DNA from: Eledone cirrhosa | Lineage: Eukaryota | Direction of reading: 5' to 3' | Length of the DNA: 64,000 nt | Assembly: GCA_964016885.1 (NCBI GenBank) | Contig: OZ024741.1 | Span: forward strand, 363,506,001 to 363,570,000 | Shown here: one piece after another, positions 1 to 13,130 of the stretch | Layout of the letters: each line of letters starts with the position of its first letter | Numbering within the stretch: position 1 is the stretch's first letter | Translations under genes and position numbers: made by a program | The notes under the pieces: model-generated | Database searches by the model: none | What the model saw: only the letters and a program-made list of their open reading frames with translations | Told to the model about the DNA's origin: nothing

Positions 1-3000
1 GTATAGCTGGGGTTAAGAAGGTTATTTCACAATAACATAGATGTAGGTATAGCTTGGGTTAAGAAGGTTGTTTTACAATAACATAGATGTAGGTATAGCT
101 GTGGTTAAGTAGGTTGTTTTACAATAACATAGATGTAGGTATAGCTTGGGTTAAGAAGGTTATTTCACAATAACATAGATGTAGGTATAGCTGTGGTTAA
201 GAAGGTTATTCCACAATAACATAGATGTAGGTATAGCTTGGGTTAAGAAGGTTATTTCACAATAACATAGATGTAGATATAGCTGTGGTTAAGAAGGTTG
301 GTTTACAATAAGATAGATGTAGGTATAGCTTGGGTTAAGAAGGTTATTTCACAATAACATAGACGTAGGTATAGCTGTGGTTAAGAAGACTATTTCACAA
401 TAACATATATGTAGGTATAGCTGTGGTTAAGAAGACTATTTCACAATAACATAGATGTAGGTATAGCTGTGGTTAAGAAGGCTATTTCACAATAACAAAG
501 ATGTAGGTATAGCTGTGGTTAAGAAGACTATTTCACAATAACATAGATGTAGGTATAGCTTGGGTTAAGAAGGTTATTTCACAATAACATAGATGTAGGT
601 ATAGCTCGGGTTAAGAAGGTTGTTTTACAATAACATAGATGTAGCTATAGCTGTGGTTAAGAAGGTTGTCTCACAATAACATAGAGGTAGGTATAGCTGT
701 GGTTAAGAAGGTTGTTTCACAATAACATAGATGTGGGTATAGTTGTGGTTAAGAAGACTATTTCACAATAACATAGATGTAGATATAGCTGTGGTTAAGA
801 AGGTTGTTTTACAATAACATAGATGTAGGTATAGCTTGGGTCAAGAAGGTTATTTCACAATAACATAGATGTAGGTATAGCTGTGGTTGAGAAGGTTGTT
901 TTACAATAACATAGATGTAGGTATAGCTGGGGTTAAGAAGGTTATTTCACAATAACATAGATGTAGGTATAGCTTGGGTTAAGAAGGTTGTTTTACAATA
1001 ACATAGATGTAGGTATAGCTGGGGTTAAGAAGGTTATTTCACAATAACATAGATCTAGGTATAGCTTGGGTTAAGAAGGTTGTTTTACAATAACATAGAT
1101 GTGGGTATAGCTGTGGTTAAGAAGGTTGTTTTACAATAACATAGATGTAGGCATAGCTTGGGTTAAGAAGGTTATTTCACAATAACATAGATGTAGGTAT
1201 AGCTGTGGTTAAGAAGGTTATTCCACAATAACATAGATGTAGGTATAGCTGTGGTTAAGAAGGTTGTTTTACAATAAGATAGATGTAGGTATAGCTTGGG
1301 TTAAGAAGGTTATTTCACAATAACATAGACGTAGGTATAGCTTGGGTTAAGAAGGTTATTTCACAATAACATAGATGTAGGTATAGCTGTGGTTAAGAAG
1401 ACTATTTCACAATAACATAGATGTAGGTATAGCTGTGGTTAAGAAGACTATTTCACAATAACATAGATGTAGGTATAGCTGTGGTTAAGAAGACTATTTC
1501 ACAATAACATAGATGTAGGTATAGCTGTGGTTAAGACGGCTATTTCACAATAACAAAGATGTAGGTATAGCTGTGGTTAAGAAGACTATTTCACAATAAC
1601 ATAGACGTAGGTATAGCTGTGGTTAAGAAGGTTATTTCACAATAACAGAGATGTACGTATAGCTGTGGTTAACAAGGTTATTTCACAATAACATAGATGT
1701 AAGTATAGCTGTGGTTAAGAAGGTTATTTCACAATAACATAGATGTAGGTATAGCTTGGGTTTAGAAGGTTGTTTTACAATAACCTAGATGTAGGCATAG
1801 CTTGGGTTAAGAAGGTTATTTCACAATAACACAGATGTAGGTATAGCTGTGGTTAAAAAGGTTATTTCACAATAACATAGATGTAGGTATAGCTGTGCTT
1901 AAGAAGGTTGTTTTACGATAACCTAGATGTAGGTATAGCTGTGGTTAAGAAGGTTATTTCACAATAACACAGATGTAAGTATAGCTGTGGTTCAGCAGAC
2001 TATTTCACAATAACATAGATGTAGGTATAGCTGTGGTTAAGAAGACTATTTCACAATAACATAGATGTAGGTATAGCTGTGGTTAAGAAGGCTATTTCAC
2101 AATAACATAGATGTAGGTATAGCTGTGGTTAAGAAGACTATTTCACAATAACATAGATGTAGGTATAGCTTGGGTTAAGAAGGTTATTTCACAATAACAT
2201 AGATGTAGGTATAGCTTGGGTTAAGAAAGTTATTTCACAATAACCTAGATGTAGGTATAGCTGTGGTTAAGAAGGTTGTTTTACAATAACATAGATGTAG
2301 GTATAGCTGTGGTTAAGAAGACTATTTCACAATAACATAGATGTAGGTATAGCTTGGGTTAAGAAGGTTGTTTCACAATAACATATATGTAGGTATAGCT
2401 GTGGTTAAGAAGGATATTTCACAATAACGTAGATGTAGGTATAGCTTGGGTTTAGAAGGTTGTTTTACAATAACCTAGATGTAGGTATAGCTAGGGTTAA
2501 GAAGGTTATTTCACAATAACATAGAGGTAGGTATAGCTGTGGTTAAGAAGGTTGTTTCACAATAACATAGATGTAGGTATAGTTGTGGTTAAGAAGACTA
2601 TTTCACAATAACATAGATGTAGATATAGCTGTGGTTAAGAAGGTTATTTTACAATAACATAGATGTAGGTATAGCTGTGGTTAAGAAGGTTGTTTTACAA
2701 TAACATAGATGTAGGTATAGCTTGGGTTAAGAAGGTTGTTTCACAATAACATAGATGTAGGTATAGCTGTGGTTAAGAAGGTTGGTTTACAATAACATAG
2801 ATATAGGTATAGCTGTGGTTGAGAAGGTTGTTTTACAATAACATAGATGTAGGTATAGCTGTGGTTAAGAAGACTATTTCACAATAACATAGATGTAGGT
2901 ATAGCTTGCGTTAAGAAGGTTGTTTCACAATAACATAGATGTAGGTATAGCTGTGGTTAAGAAGGTTGTTTTACCATAACATAGATGTAGGTATAGCTTG

Positions 3001-6000
3001 GGTTAAGAAGGTTGTTTCACAATAACATAGATGTAGGTATAGCTGTGGTTAAGAAGGTTGTTTTACAATAACATAGATGTAGGTATAGCTGTGGTTAAGA
3101 AGACTATTTCACAATAACATAGATGTAGGTATAGCTTTGGTTAAGAAGGTTATTTCACTATAACATAGATGTAGGTATAGCTGTGGTTAAGAAGGTTATT
3201 TCACAATAACATTGATGTAGGTATAGCTGTGGTTAAGAAGGTGATTCCACAATAACATAGATGTAGGTATAGCTGTGGTTGAGAAGGTTATTTCACAATA
3301 ACATAGATGTAGGTATAGCTGTGGTTAAGAAGGTTGTTTTACAATAACATAGATGTAGGTATAGCTTGGGTTAAGAAGGTTATTTCACAATAACATAGAT
3401 GTAGGTATAGCTGTGGTTGAGAAGGTTGTTTTACAATAACATAGATGTAGGTATAGCTGGGGTTAAGAAGGTTATTTCACAATAACATAGATGTAGGTAT
3501 AGCTTGGGTTAAGAAGGTTGTTTTACAATAACATAGATGTAGGTATAGCTGTGGTTAAGTAGGTTGTTTTACAATAACATAGATGTAGGTATAGCTTGGG
3601 TTAAGAAGGTTATTTCACAATAACATAGATGTAGGTATAGCTGTGGTTAAGAAGGTTATTCCACAATAACATAGATGTAGGTATAGCTTGGGTTAAGAAG
3701 GTTATTTCACAATAACATAGATGTAGGTATAGCTGTGGTTAAGAAGGTTGGTTTACAATAAGATAGATGTAGGTATAGCTTGGGTTAAGAAGGTTATTTC
3801 ACAATAACATAGACGTAGGTATAGCTGTGGTTAAGAAGACTATTTCACAATAACATATATGTAGGTATAGCTGTGGTTAAGAAGACTATTTCACAATAAC
3901 ATAGATGTAGGTATAGCTGTGGTTAAGAAGGCTATTTCACAATAACAAAGATGTAGGTATAGCTGTGGTTAAGAAGACTATTTCACAATAACATAGATGT
4001 AGGTATAGCTTGGGTTAAGAAGGTTATTTCACAATAACATAGATGTAGGTATAGCTCGGGTTAAGAAGGTTGTTTTACAATAACATAGATGTAGCTATAG
4101 CTGTGGTTAAGAAGGTTGTCTCACAATAACATAGAGGTAGGTATAGCTGTGGTTAAGAAGGTTGTTTCACAATAACATAGATGTGGGTATAGTTGTGGTT
4201 AAGAAGACTATTTCACAATAACATAGATGTAGATATAGCTGTGGTTAAGAAGGTTGTTTTACAATAACATAGATGTAGGTATAGCTTGGGTCAAGAAGGT
4301 TATTTCACAATAACATAGATGTAGGTATAGCTGTGGTTGAGAAGGTTGTTTTACAATAACATAGATGTAGGTATAGCTGGGGTTAAGAAGGTTATTTCAC
4401 AATAACATAGATGTAGGTATAGCTTGGGTTAAGAAGGTTGTTTTACAATAACATAGATGTAGGTATAGCTGGGGTTAAGAAGGTTATTTCACAATAACAT
4501 AGATCTAGGTATAGCTTGGGTTAAGAAGGTTGTTTTACAATAACATAGATGTGGGTATAGCTGTGGTTAAGAAGGTTGTTTTACAATAACATAGATGTAG
4601 GCATAGCTTGGGTTAAGAAGGTTATTTCACAATAACATAGATGTAGGTATAGCTGTGGTTAAGAAGGTTATTCCACAATAACATAGATGTAGGTATAGCT
4701 GTGGTTAAGAAGGTTGTTTTACAATAAGATAGATGTAGGTATAGCTTGGGTTAAGAAGGTTATTTCACAATAACATAGACGTAGGTATAGCTTGGGTTAA
4801 GAAGGTTATTTCACAATAACATAGATGTAGGTATAGCTGTGGTTAAGAAGACTATTTCACAATAACATAGATGTAGGTATAGCTGTGGTTAAGAAGACTA
4901 TTTCACAATAACATAGATGTAGGTATAGCTGTGGTTAAGAAGACTATTTCACAATAACATAGATGTAGGTATAGCTGTGGTTAAGACGGCTATTTCACAA
5001 TAACAAAGATGTAGGTATAGCTGTGGTTAAGAAGACTATTTCACAATAACATAGACGTAGGTATAGCTGTGGTTAAGAAGGTTATTTCACAATAACAGAG
5101 ATGTAGGTATAGCTGTGGTTAACAAGGTTATTTCACAATAACATAGATGTAAGTATAGCTGTGGTTAAGAAGGTTATTTCACAATAACATAGATGTAGGT
5201 ATAGCTTGGGTTAAGAAGGTTATTTCACAATAACACAGATGTAGGTATAGCTGTGGTTAAAAAGGTTATTTCACAATAACATAGATGTAGGTATAGCTGT
5301 GCTTAAGAAGGTTGTTTTACGATAACCTAGATGTAGGTATAGCTGTGGTTAAGAAGGTTATTTCACAATAACACAGATGTAGGTATAGCTGTGGTTCAGC
5401 AGACTATTTCACAATAACATAGATGTAGGTATAGCTGTGGTTAAGAAGACTATTTCACAATAACATAGATGTAGGTATAGCTGTGGTTAAGAAGGCTATT
5501 TCACAATAACATAGATGTAGGTATAGCTGTGGTTAAGAAGACTATTTCACAATAACATAGATGTAGGTATAGCTTGGGTTAAGAAGGTTATTTCACAATA
5601 ACATAGATGTAGGTATAGCTTGGGTTAAGAAAGTTATTTCACAATAACCTAGATGTAGGTATAGCTGTGGTTAAGAAGGTTGTTTTACAATAACATAGAT
5701 GTAGGTATAGCTGTGGTTAAGAAGACTATTTCACAATAACATAGATGTAGGTATAGCTTGGGTTAAGAAGGTTGTTTCACAATAACATATATGTAGGTAT
5801 AGCTGTGGTTAAGAAGGATATTTCACAATAACGTAGATGTAGGTATAGCTTGGGTTTAGAAGGTTGTTTTACAATAACCTAGATGTAGGTATAGCTAGGG
5901 TTAAGAAGGTTATTTCACAATAACATAGAGGTAGGTATAGCTGTGGTTAAGAAGGTTGTTTCACAATAACATAGATGTAGGTATAGTTGTGGTTAAGAAG

Positions 6001-6045
6001 ACTATTTCACAATAACATAGATGTAGATATAGCTGTGGTTAAGAA
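1..6045. repeat. Segmental duplication within array: 1-~2640 copied at 3451-~6045 (offset 3450 = 75 units, then 3404 = 74 units)
   Basis: Shared rare variants: gaaggttgtc 661/4111, agatctaggt 1051/4501, ttaagacggc 1531/4981. After a one-unit difference near 1750/5200: ttcagcagac 1991/5395 and ctaggg 2491/5895. Confidence 0.93.
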
Positions 6046-8880
6046 GGTTGTTTTACAATAACATAGATGTAGGTATAGTTTGGGTTAAGAAGGTTGTTTT
6101 ACAATAACATAGATGTAGGTATAGCTGGGGTTAAGAAGGTTATTTCACAATAACATAGATGTAGGTATAGCTTGGGTTAAGAAGGTTGTTTTACAATAAC
6201 ATAGATGTAGGTATAGCTGTGGTTAAGAAGCTTGTTATACAATAACATAGATGTAGGTATAGCTTGGGTTAAGGAGGTTATTTCACAATAACATAGATGT
6301 AGGTATAGCTGTGGTTAAGAAGGTTATTCCACAATAACATAGATGTAGGTATAGCTTGGGTTAAGAAGGTTATTTCACAATAACATAGATGGAGGTATAG
6401 CTGTGGTTAAGAAGGTTCCTTTATAATAACATAGATGTAGGTATAGCTGTGGTTAAGAAGGTTGTTTTACAATAACATAGATGTAGGTATAGCTTGGGTT
6501 AAGAAGGTTGTTTTACAATAACATAGATGTATGTATAGCTGTGGTTAAGAAGGTTATTTCACAATAACCTAGATGTAGGTATAGCTGTGGTTAAGAAGGT
6601 TGTTTTACAATAACATAGATGTAGGTATAGCTGTGGTTAAGAAGACTATTTCACGATAACATAGATGTAGGTATAGCTTGGGTTAAGAAGGTTGTTTCAC
6701 AATAACATAGATGTAGGTATAGCTGTGGTTAAGAAGGTTATTTCACAATAACATTGATGTAGGTATAGCTGTGGTTAAGAAGGTTATTTCACAATAACAT
6801 AGATGTAGGTATAGCTGTGGTTAAGAAGGTTATTTCACAATAACATTGATGTAGGTATAGCTGTGGTTAAGAAGACTATTTCACGATAACATAGATGTAG
6901 GTATAGCTTGGGTTAAGAAGGTTGTTTGACAATAACCTAGATCTAGATATAGCTGTGGTTAAGAAGGTTATTTCACAATAACATAGATGCAGGTATAGCT
7001 TGGGTTAAGAATGTTATTTCACAATAACATTGACGTAGGTATAGCTGTGGTTAAGAAGGTTATTTCACAATAACATAGATGTAGGTATAGCTTGGGTTAA
7101 GAAGGTTATTTCACAATAACATAGATGTAGGTATAGCTTTGGTTAAGAAGGTTATTTCACAATAACATAGATGTAGGTATAGCTTGGTTAAGAAGGTTAT
7201 TTCACAATAAAATAGATGTAGGTATAGCTTGGGTTAAGAAGGTTGTTTTACAATAACATAGATGTAGGTATAGCTGTGGTTAAGAAGACTATTTCACAAT
7301 AACATAGATGTAGGTATAGCTTGGGTTAAGAAGGTTATTTCACAATAACATAGATGTAGGTATAGCTTGGGTTAAGAAGGTTGTTTTACAATAACATAGA
7401 TGTAGGTATAGCTGTGGTTAAGAAGGTTGGTTTACAATAACATAGATATAGGTATAGCTGTGGTTGAGAAGGTTGTTTTACAATAACATAGATGTAGGTA
7501 TAGCTGTGGTTAAGAAGACTATTTCACGATAACATAGATGTAGGTATAGCTTGGGTTAAGAAGGTTGTTTCACAATAACATAGATGTAGGTATAGCTGTG
7601 GTTAAGAAGGTTGTTTTACCATAACATAGATGTAGGTATAGCTTGGGTTAAGAAGGTTGTTTCACAATAACATAGATGTAGGTATAGCTGTGGTTAAGAA
7701 GGTTGTTTTACAATAACATAGATGTAGGTATAGCTGTGGTTAAGAAGACTATTTCACAATAACATAGATGTAGGTATAGCTTTGGTTAAGAAGGTTATTT
7801 CACTATAACATAGATGTAGGTATAGCTGTGGTTAAGAAGGTTATTTCACAATAACATTGATGTAGGTATAGCTGTGGTTAAGAAGGTGATTCCACAATAA
7901 CATAGATGTAGGTATAGCTGTGGTTGAGAAGGTTATTTCACAATAACATAGATGTAGGTATAGCTGTGGTTAAGAAGGTTGTTTTACAATAACATAGATG
8001 TAGGTATAGCTTGGGTTAAGAATGTTATTTCACAATAACATAGATGTAGGTATAGCTGTGGTTGAGAAGGTTGTTTTACAATAACATAGATGTAGGTATA
8101 GCTGGGGTTAAGAAGGTTATTTCACAATAACATAGATGTAGGTATAGCTTGGGTTAAGAAGGTTGTTTTACAATAACATAGATGTAGGTATAGCTGTGGT
8201 TAAGTAGGTTGTTTTACAATAACATAGATGTAGGTATAGCTTGGGTTAAGAAGGTTATTTCACGATAACATAGATGTAAGTATAGCTGTGGTTAAGAAGG
8301 TTATTCCACAATAACATAGATGTAGGTATAGCTTGGCTTAAGAAGGTTATTTCACAATAACATAGATGTAGGTATAGCTGTGGTTAAGAAGGTTGGTTTA
8401 CAATAAGATAGATGTAGGTATAGCTTGGGTTAAGAAGGTTATTTCACAATAACATAGACGTAGGTATAGCTGTGGTTAAGAAGACTATTTCACAATAACA
8501 TATATGTAGGTATAGCTGTGGTTAAGAAGACTATTTCACAATAACATAGATGTAGGTATAGCTGTGGTTAAGAAGGCTATTTCACAATAACAAAGATGTA
8601 GGTATAGCTGTAGTTAAGAAGACTATTTCACAATAACATAGATGTAGGTATAGCTTGGGTTAAGAAGGTTATTTTACAATAACATAGATGTAGGTATAGC
8701 TCGGGTTAAGAAGGTTGTTTTACAATAACATAGATGTAGCTATAGCTGTGGTTAAGAAGGTTGTTTCACAATAACATAGAGGTAGGTATAGCTGTGGTTA
8801 AGAAGGTTGTTTCACAATAACATAGATGTGGGTATAGTTGTGGTTAAGAAGACTATTTCACAATAACATAGATGTAGATA
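2761..8880. repeat. Duplication ~2761-4240 copied at ~7406-8880 (offset 4645 = 101 units minus 1 bp)
   Basis: atatagg at 2801/7446 (the only two occurrences I saw), followed by the same order of ttaccat, cactataac, ggtgattcc and aagtagg variants. Confidence 0.85.
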
Positions 8881-10254
8881 TAGCTGTGTTTAAGAAGGTT
8901 GTTTTACAATAACATAGATGTAGGTATAGCTGTGGTTAAGAAGGTTGTTTAACAATAACATAGATGTAGGTATAGCTGTGGTTAAGAAGGTTGTTTTACA
9001 ATAACATAGATGTAGGTATAGCTTGGGTTAAGAAGGTTGTTTTACAATAACATAGATGTAGGTATAGCTGGGGTTAAGAAGGTTATTTCACAATAACATA
9101 GATGTAGGTATAGCTTGGGTTAAGTAGGTTGTTTTACAATAACATAGATGTAGGTATAGCTGTGGTTAAGAAGGTTGTTATACAATAACATTGATGTAGG
9201 TATAGCTTGAGTTAAGAAGGTTATTTCACAATAACCTAGATGTAGGTATAGCTGTGGTTAAGAAGGTTGTTTTACAATAACATAGATGTAGGTATAGCTT
9301 GGGTTAAGAAGGTTATTTCACGATAACATAGATGTAGGTATAGCTGTGTTTAAGAAGGTTATTTCACAATAACATAGATGTAGGTATAGCTTGGGTTAAG
9401 AAGGTTATTTCACAATAACATAGATGTAGGTATAGCTTTGGTTAAGAAGGTTATTTCACAATAACATAGATGTAGGTATAGCTTGGGTTAAGAAGGTTAT
9501 TTCACAATAAAATAGATGTAGGTATAGCTTGGGTTAAGAAGGTTGTTTTACAATAACATAGATGTAGGTATAGCTGTGGTTAAGAAGACTATTTCACAAT
9601 AACATAGATGTAGGTATAGCTTGGGTTAAGAAGGTTATTTCACAATAACATAGATGTAGGTATAGCTGTGGTTAAGAAGGTGATTCCACAATAACATAGA
9701 TGTAGGTATAGCTGTGGTTGAGAAGGTTATTTCACAATAACATAGATGTAGGTATAGCTGTGGTTAAGAAGGTTGTTTTACAATAACATAGATGTAGGTA
9801 TAGCTTGGGTTAAGAAGGTTATTTCACAATAACATAGATGTAGGTATAGCTGTGGTTAAGAAGGTGATTCCACAATAACATAGATGTAGGTATAGCTGTG
9901 GTTGAGAAGGTTATTTCACAATAACATAGATGTAGGTATAGCTGTGGTTGAGAAGGTTGTTTTACAATAAGATAGATGTAGGTATAGCTTGGGTTAAGAA
10001 GGTTATTTCACAATAACATAGACGTAGGTATAGCTTGGGTTAAGAAGGTTATTTCACAATAACATAGATGTAGGTATAGCTGTGGTTAAGAAGACTATTT
10101 CACAATAACATATATGTAGGTATAGCTGTGGTTAAGAAGACTATTTCACAATAACATAGATGTAGGTATAGCTGTGGTTAAGAAGGCTATTTCACAATAA
10201 CAAAGATGTAGGTATAGCTGTGGTTGAGAAGGTTATTTCACAATAACATAGATG

Positions 10255-13130
10255 TAGGTATAGCTCGGGTTAAGAAGGTTGTTTTACAATAACATAGATG
10301 TAGCTATAGCTGTGGTTAAGAAGGTTGTTTCACAATAACATAGATGTAGGTATAGCTTGGGTTAAGAAGGTTATTTTACAATAACATAGAGGTAGGTATA
10401 GCTGTGGTTAAGAAGGTTATTTCACAATAACATTGATGTAGGTATAGCTGTGGTTAAGAAGGTGATTCCACAATAACATAGATGTAGGTATAGCTGTGGT
10501 TGAGAAGGTTATTTCACAATAACATAGATGTAGGTATAGCTGTGGTTAAGAAGGTTGTTTTACAATAACATAGATGTAGGTATAGCTTGGGTTAAGAAGG
10601 TTATTTCACAATAACATAGATGTAGGTATAGCTGTGGTTGAGAAGGTTGTTTTACAATAACATAGATGTAGGTATAGCTGGGGTTAAGAAGGTTATTTCA
10701 CAATAACATAGATGTAGGTATAGCTTGGGTTAAGAAGGTTGTTTTACAATAACATAGATGTAGGTATAGCTGTGGTTAAGTAGGTTGTTTTACAATAACA
10801 TAGATGTAGGTATAGCTTGGGTTAAGAAGGTTATTTCACAATAACATAGATGTAGGTATAGCTGTGGTTAAGAAGGTTATTCCACAATAACATAGATGTA
10901 GGTATAGCTTGGGTTAAGAAGGTTATTTCACAATAACATAGATGTAGGTATAGCTGTGGTTAAGAAGGTTGGTTTACAATAAGATAGATGTAGGTATAGC
11001 TTGGGTTAAGAAGGTTATTTCACAATAACATAGACGTAGGTATAGCTGTGGTTAAGAAGACTATTTCACAATAACATATATGTAGGTATAGCTGTGGTTA
11101 AGAAGACTATTTCACAATAACATAGATGTAGATATAGCTGTGGTTAAGAAGGCTATTTCACAATAACAAAGATGTAGGTATAGCTGTGGTTAAGAAGACT
11201 ATTTCACAATAACATAGATGTAGGTATAGCTTGGGTTAAGAAGGTTATTTCACAATAACATAGATGTAGGTATAGCTCGGGTTAAGAAGGTTGTTTTACA
11301 ATAACATAGATGTAGCTATAGCTGTGGTTAAGAAGGTTGTTTTACAATAACATAGATGTAGGTATAGCTGTGGTTAAGAAGGTTGTTTAACAATAACATA
11401 GATGTAGGTATAGCTGTGGTTAAGAAGGTTGTTTTACAATAACATAGATGTAGGTATAGCTTGGGTTAAGAAGGTTGTTTTACAATAACATAGATGTAGG
11501 TATAGCTGGGGTTAAGAAGGTTATTTCACAATAACATAGATGTAGGTATAGCTTGGGTTAAGAAGGTTGTTTTACAATAACATAGATGTAGGTATAGCTG
11601 TGGTTGAGAAGGTTATTTCACAATAACATAGATGTAGGTATAGCTGTGGTTGAGAAGGTTCTTTTACAATAAGATAGATGTAGGTATAGCTTGGGTTAAG
11701 AAGGTTATTTCACAATAACATAGACGTAGGTATAGCTTGGGTTAAGAAGGTTATTTCACAATAACATAGATGTAGGTATAGCTCTGGTTAAGAAGGTTGT
11801 TTCACTATAACATAGATGTAGGTATAGCTGTGGTTAAGAAGACTATTTCACAATAACATATATGTAGGTATAGCTGTGGTTAAGAAGACTATTTCACAAT
11901 AACATAGATGTAGGTATAGCTGTGGTTAAGAAGGCTATTTCACAATAACAAAGATGCAGGTATAGCTGTGGTTAAGAAGACTATTTCACAATAACATAGA
12001 TGTAGGTATAGCTTGGGTTAAGAAGGTTATTTCACAATAACATAGATGTAGGTATAGCTCGGGTTAAGAAGGTTGTTTTACAATAACATAGATGTAGCTA
12101 TAGCTGTGGTTAAGAAGGTTGTTTCACAATAACATAGATGTAGGTATAGCTTGGGTTAAGAAGGTTATTTTACAATAACATAGAGGTAGGTATAGCTGTG
12201 GTTAAGAAGGTTATTTCACAATAACATTGATGTAGGTATAGCTGTGGTTAAGAAGGTGATTCCACAATAACATAGATGTAGGTATAGCTGTGGTTGAGAA
12301 GGTTATTTCACAATAACATAGATGTAGGTATAGCTGTGGTTAAGAAGGTTGTTTTACAATAACATAGATGTAGGTATAGCTTGGGTTAAGAAGGTTATTT
12401 CACAATAACATAGATGTAGGTATAGCTGTGGTTGAGAAGGTTGTTTTACAATAACATAGATGTAGGTATAGCTGGGGTTAAGAAGGTTATTTCACAATAA
12501 CATAGATGTAGGTATAGCTTGGGTTAAGAAGGTTGTTTTACAATAACATAGATGTAGGTATAGCTGTGGTTAAGTAGGTTGTTTTACAATAACATAGATG
12601 TAGGTATAGCTTGGGTTAAGAAGGTTATTTCACAATAACATAGATGTAGGTATAGCTGTGGTTAAGAAGGTTATTCCACAATAACATAGATGTAGGTATA
12701 GCTTGGGTTAAGAAGGTTATTTCACAATAACATAGATGTAGGTATAGCTGTGGTTAAGAAGGTTGGTTTACAATAAGATAGATGTAGGTATAGCTTGGGT
12801 TAAGAAGGTTATTTCACAATAACATAGACGTAGGTATAGCTGTGGTTAAGAAGACTATTTCACAATAACATATATGTAGGTATAGCTGTGGTTAAGAAGA
12901 CTATTTCACAATAACATAGATGTAGGTATAGCTGTGGTTAAGAAGGCTATTTCACAATAACAAAGATGTAGGTATAGCTGTGGTTAAGAAGACTATTTCA
13001 CAATAACATAGATGTAGGTATAGCTTGGGTTAAGAAGGTTATTTCACAATAACATAGATGTAGGTATAGCTCGGGTTAAGAAGGTTGTTTTACAATAACA
13101 TAGATGTAGCTATAGCTGTGGTTAAGAAGG
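10255..13130. repeat. Duplication ~10255-11335 copied at ~12049-13130 (offset 1794 = 39 units)
   Basis: tagctcggg 10261/12055 and ggtagg (gaggtagg variant) 10391/12185, then the same order of cattgatg, ggtgattcc, aagtagg and ggttggttt variants. Confidence 0.85.

Noticed and set aside
3-36. Promoter (TATA-like) or intrinsic terminator signals in each unit
   Set aside because: Short AT-rich motifs are expected by chance. The hairpin is weak, AT-rich and lacks a U-tract, and there is no gene to regulate.
1-46. Monomer as a dimer of 23-bp yeast-type telomerase repeats
   Set aside because: The two 23-bp halves are not similar. Inheritance of variants in kilobase blocks indicates recombinational copying rather than templated telomerase addition.
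1-184. Nucleosome-length 4-mer (184 bp) higher-order unit
   Set aside because: No 4-unit periodicity is visible in the variants, and the duplication offsets (75, 39, 33, 57, 117, 23, 7, 21) are mostly not multiples of 4.
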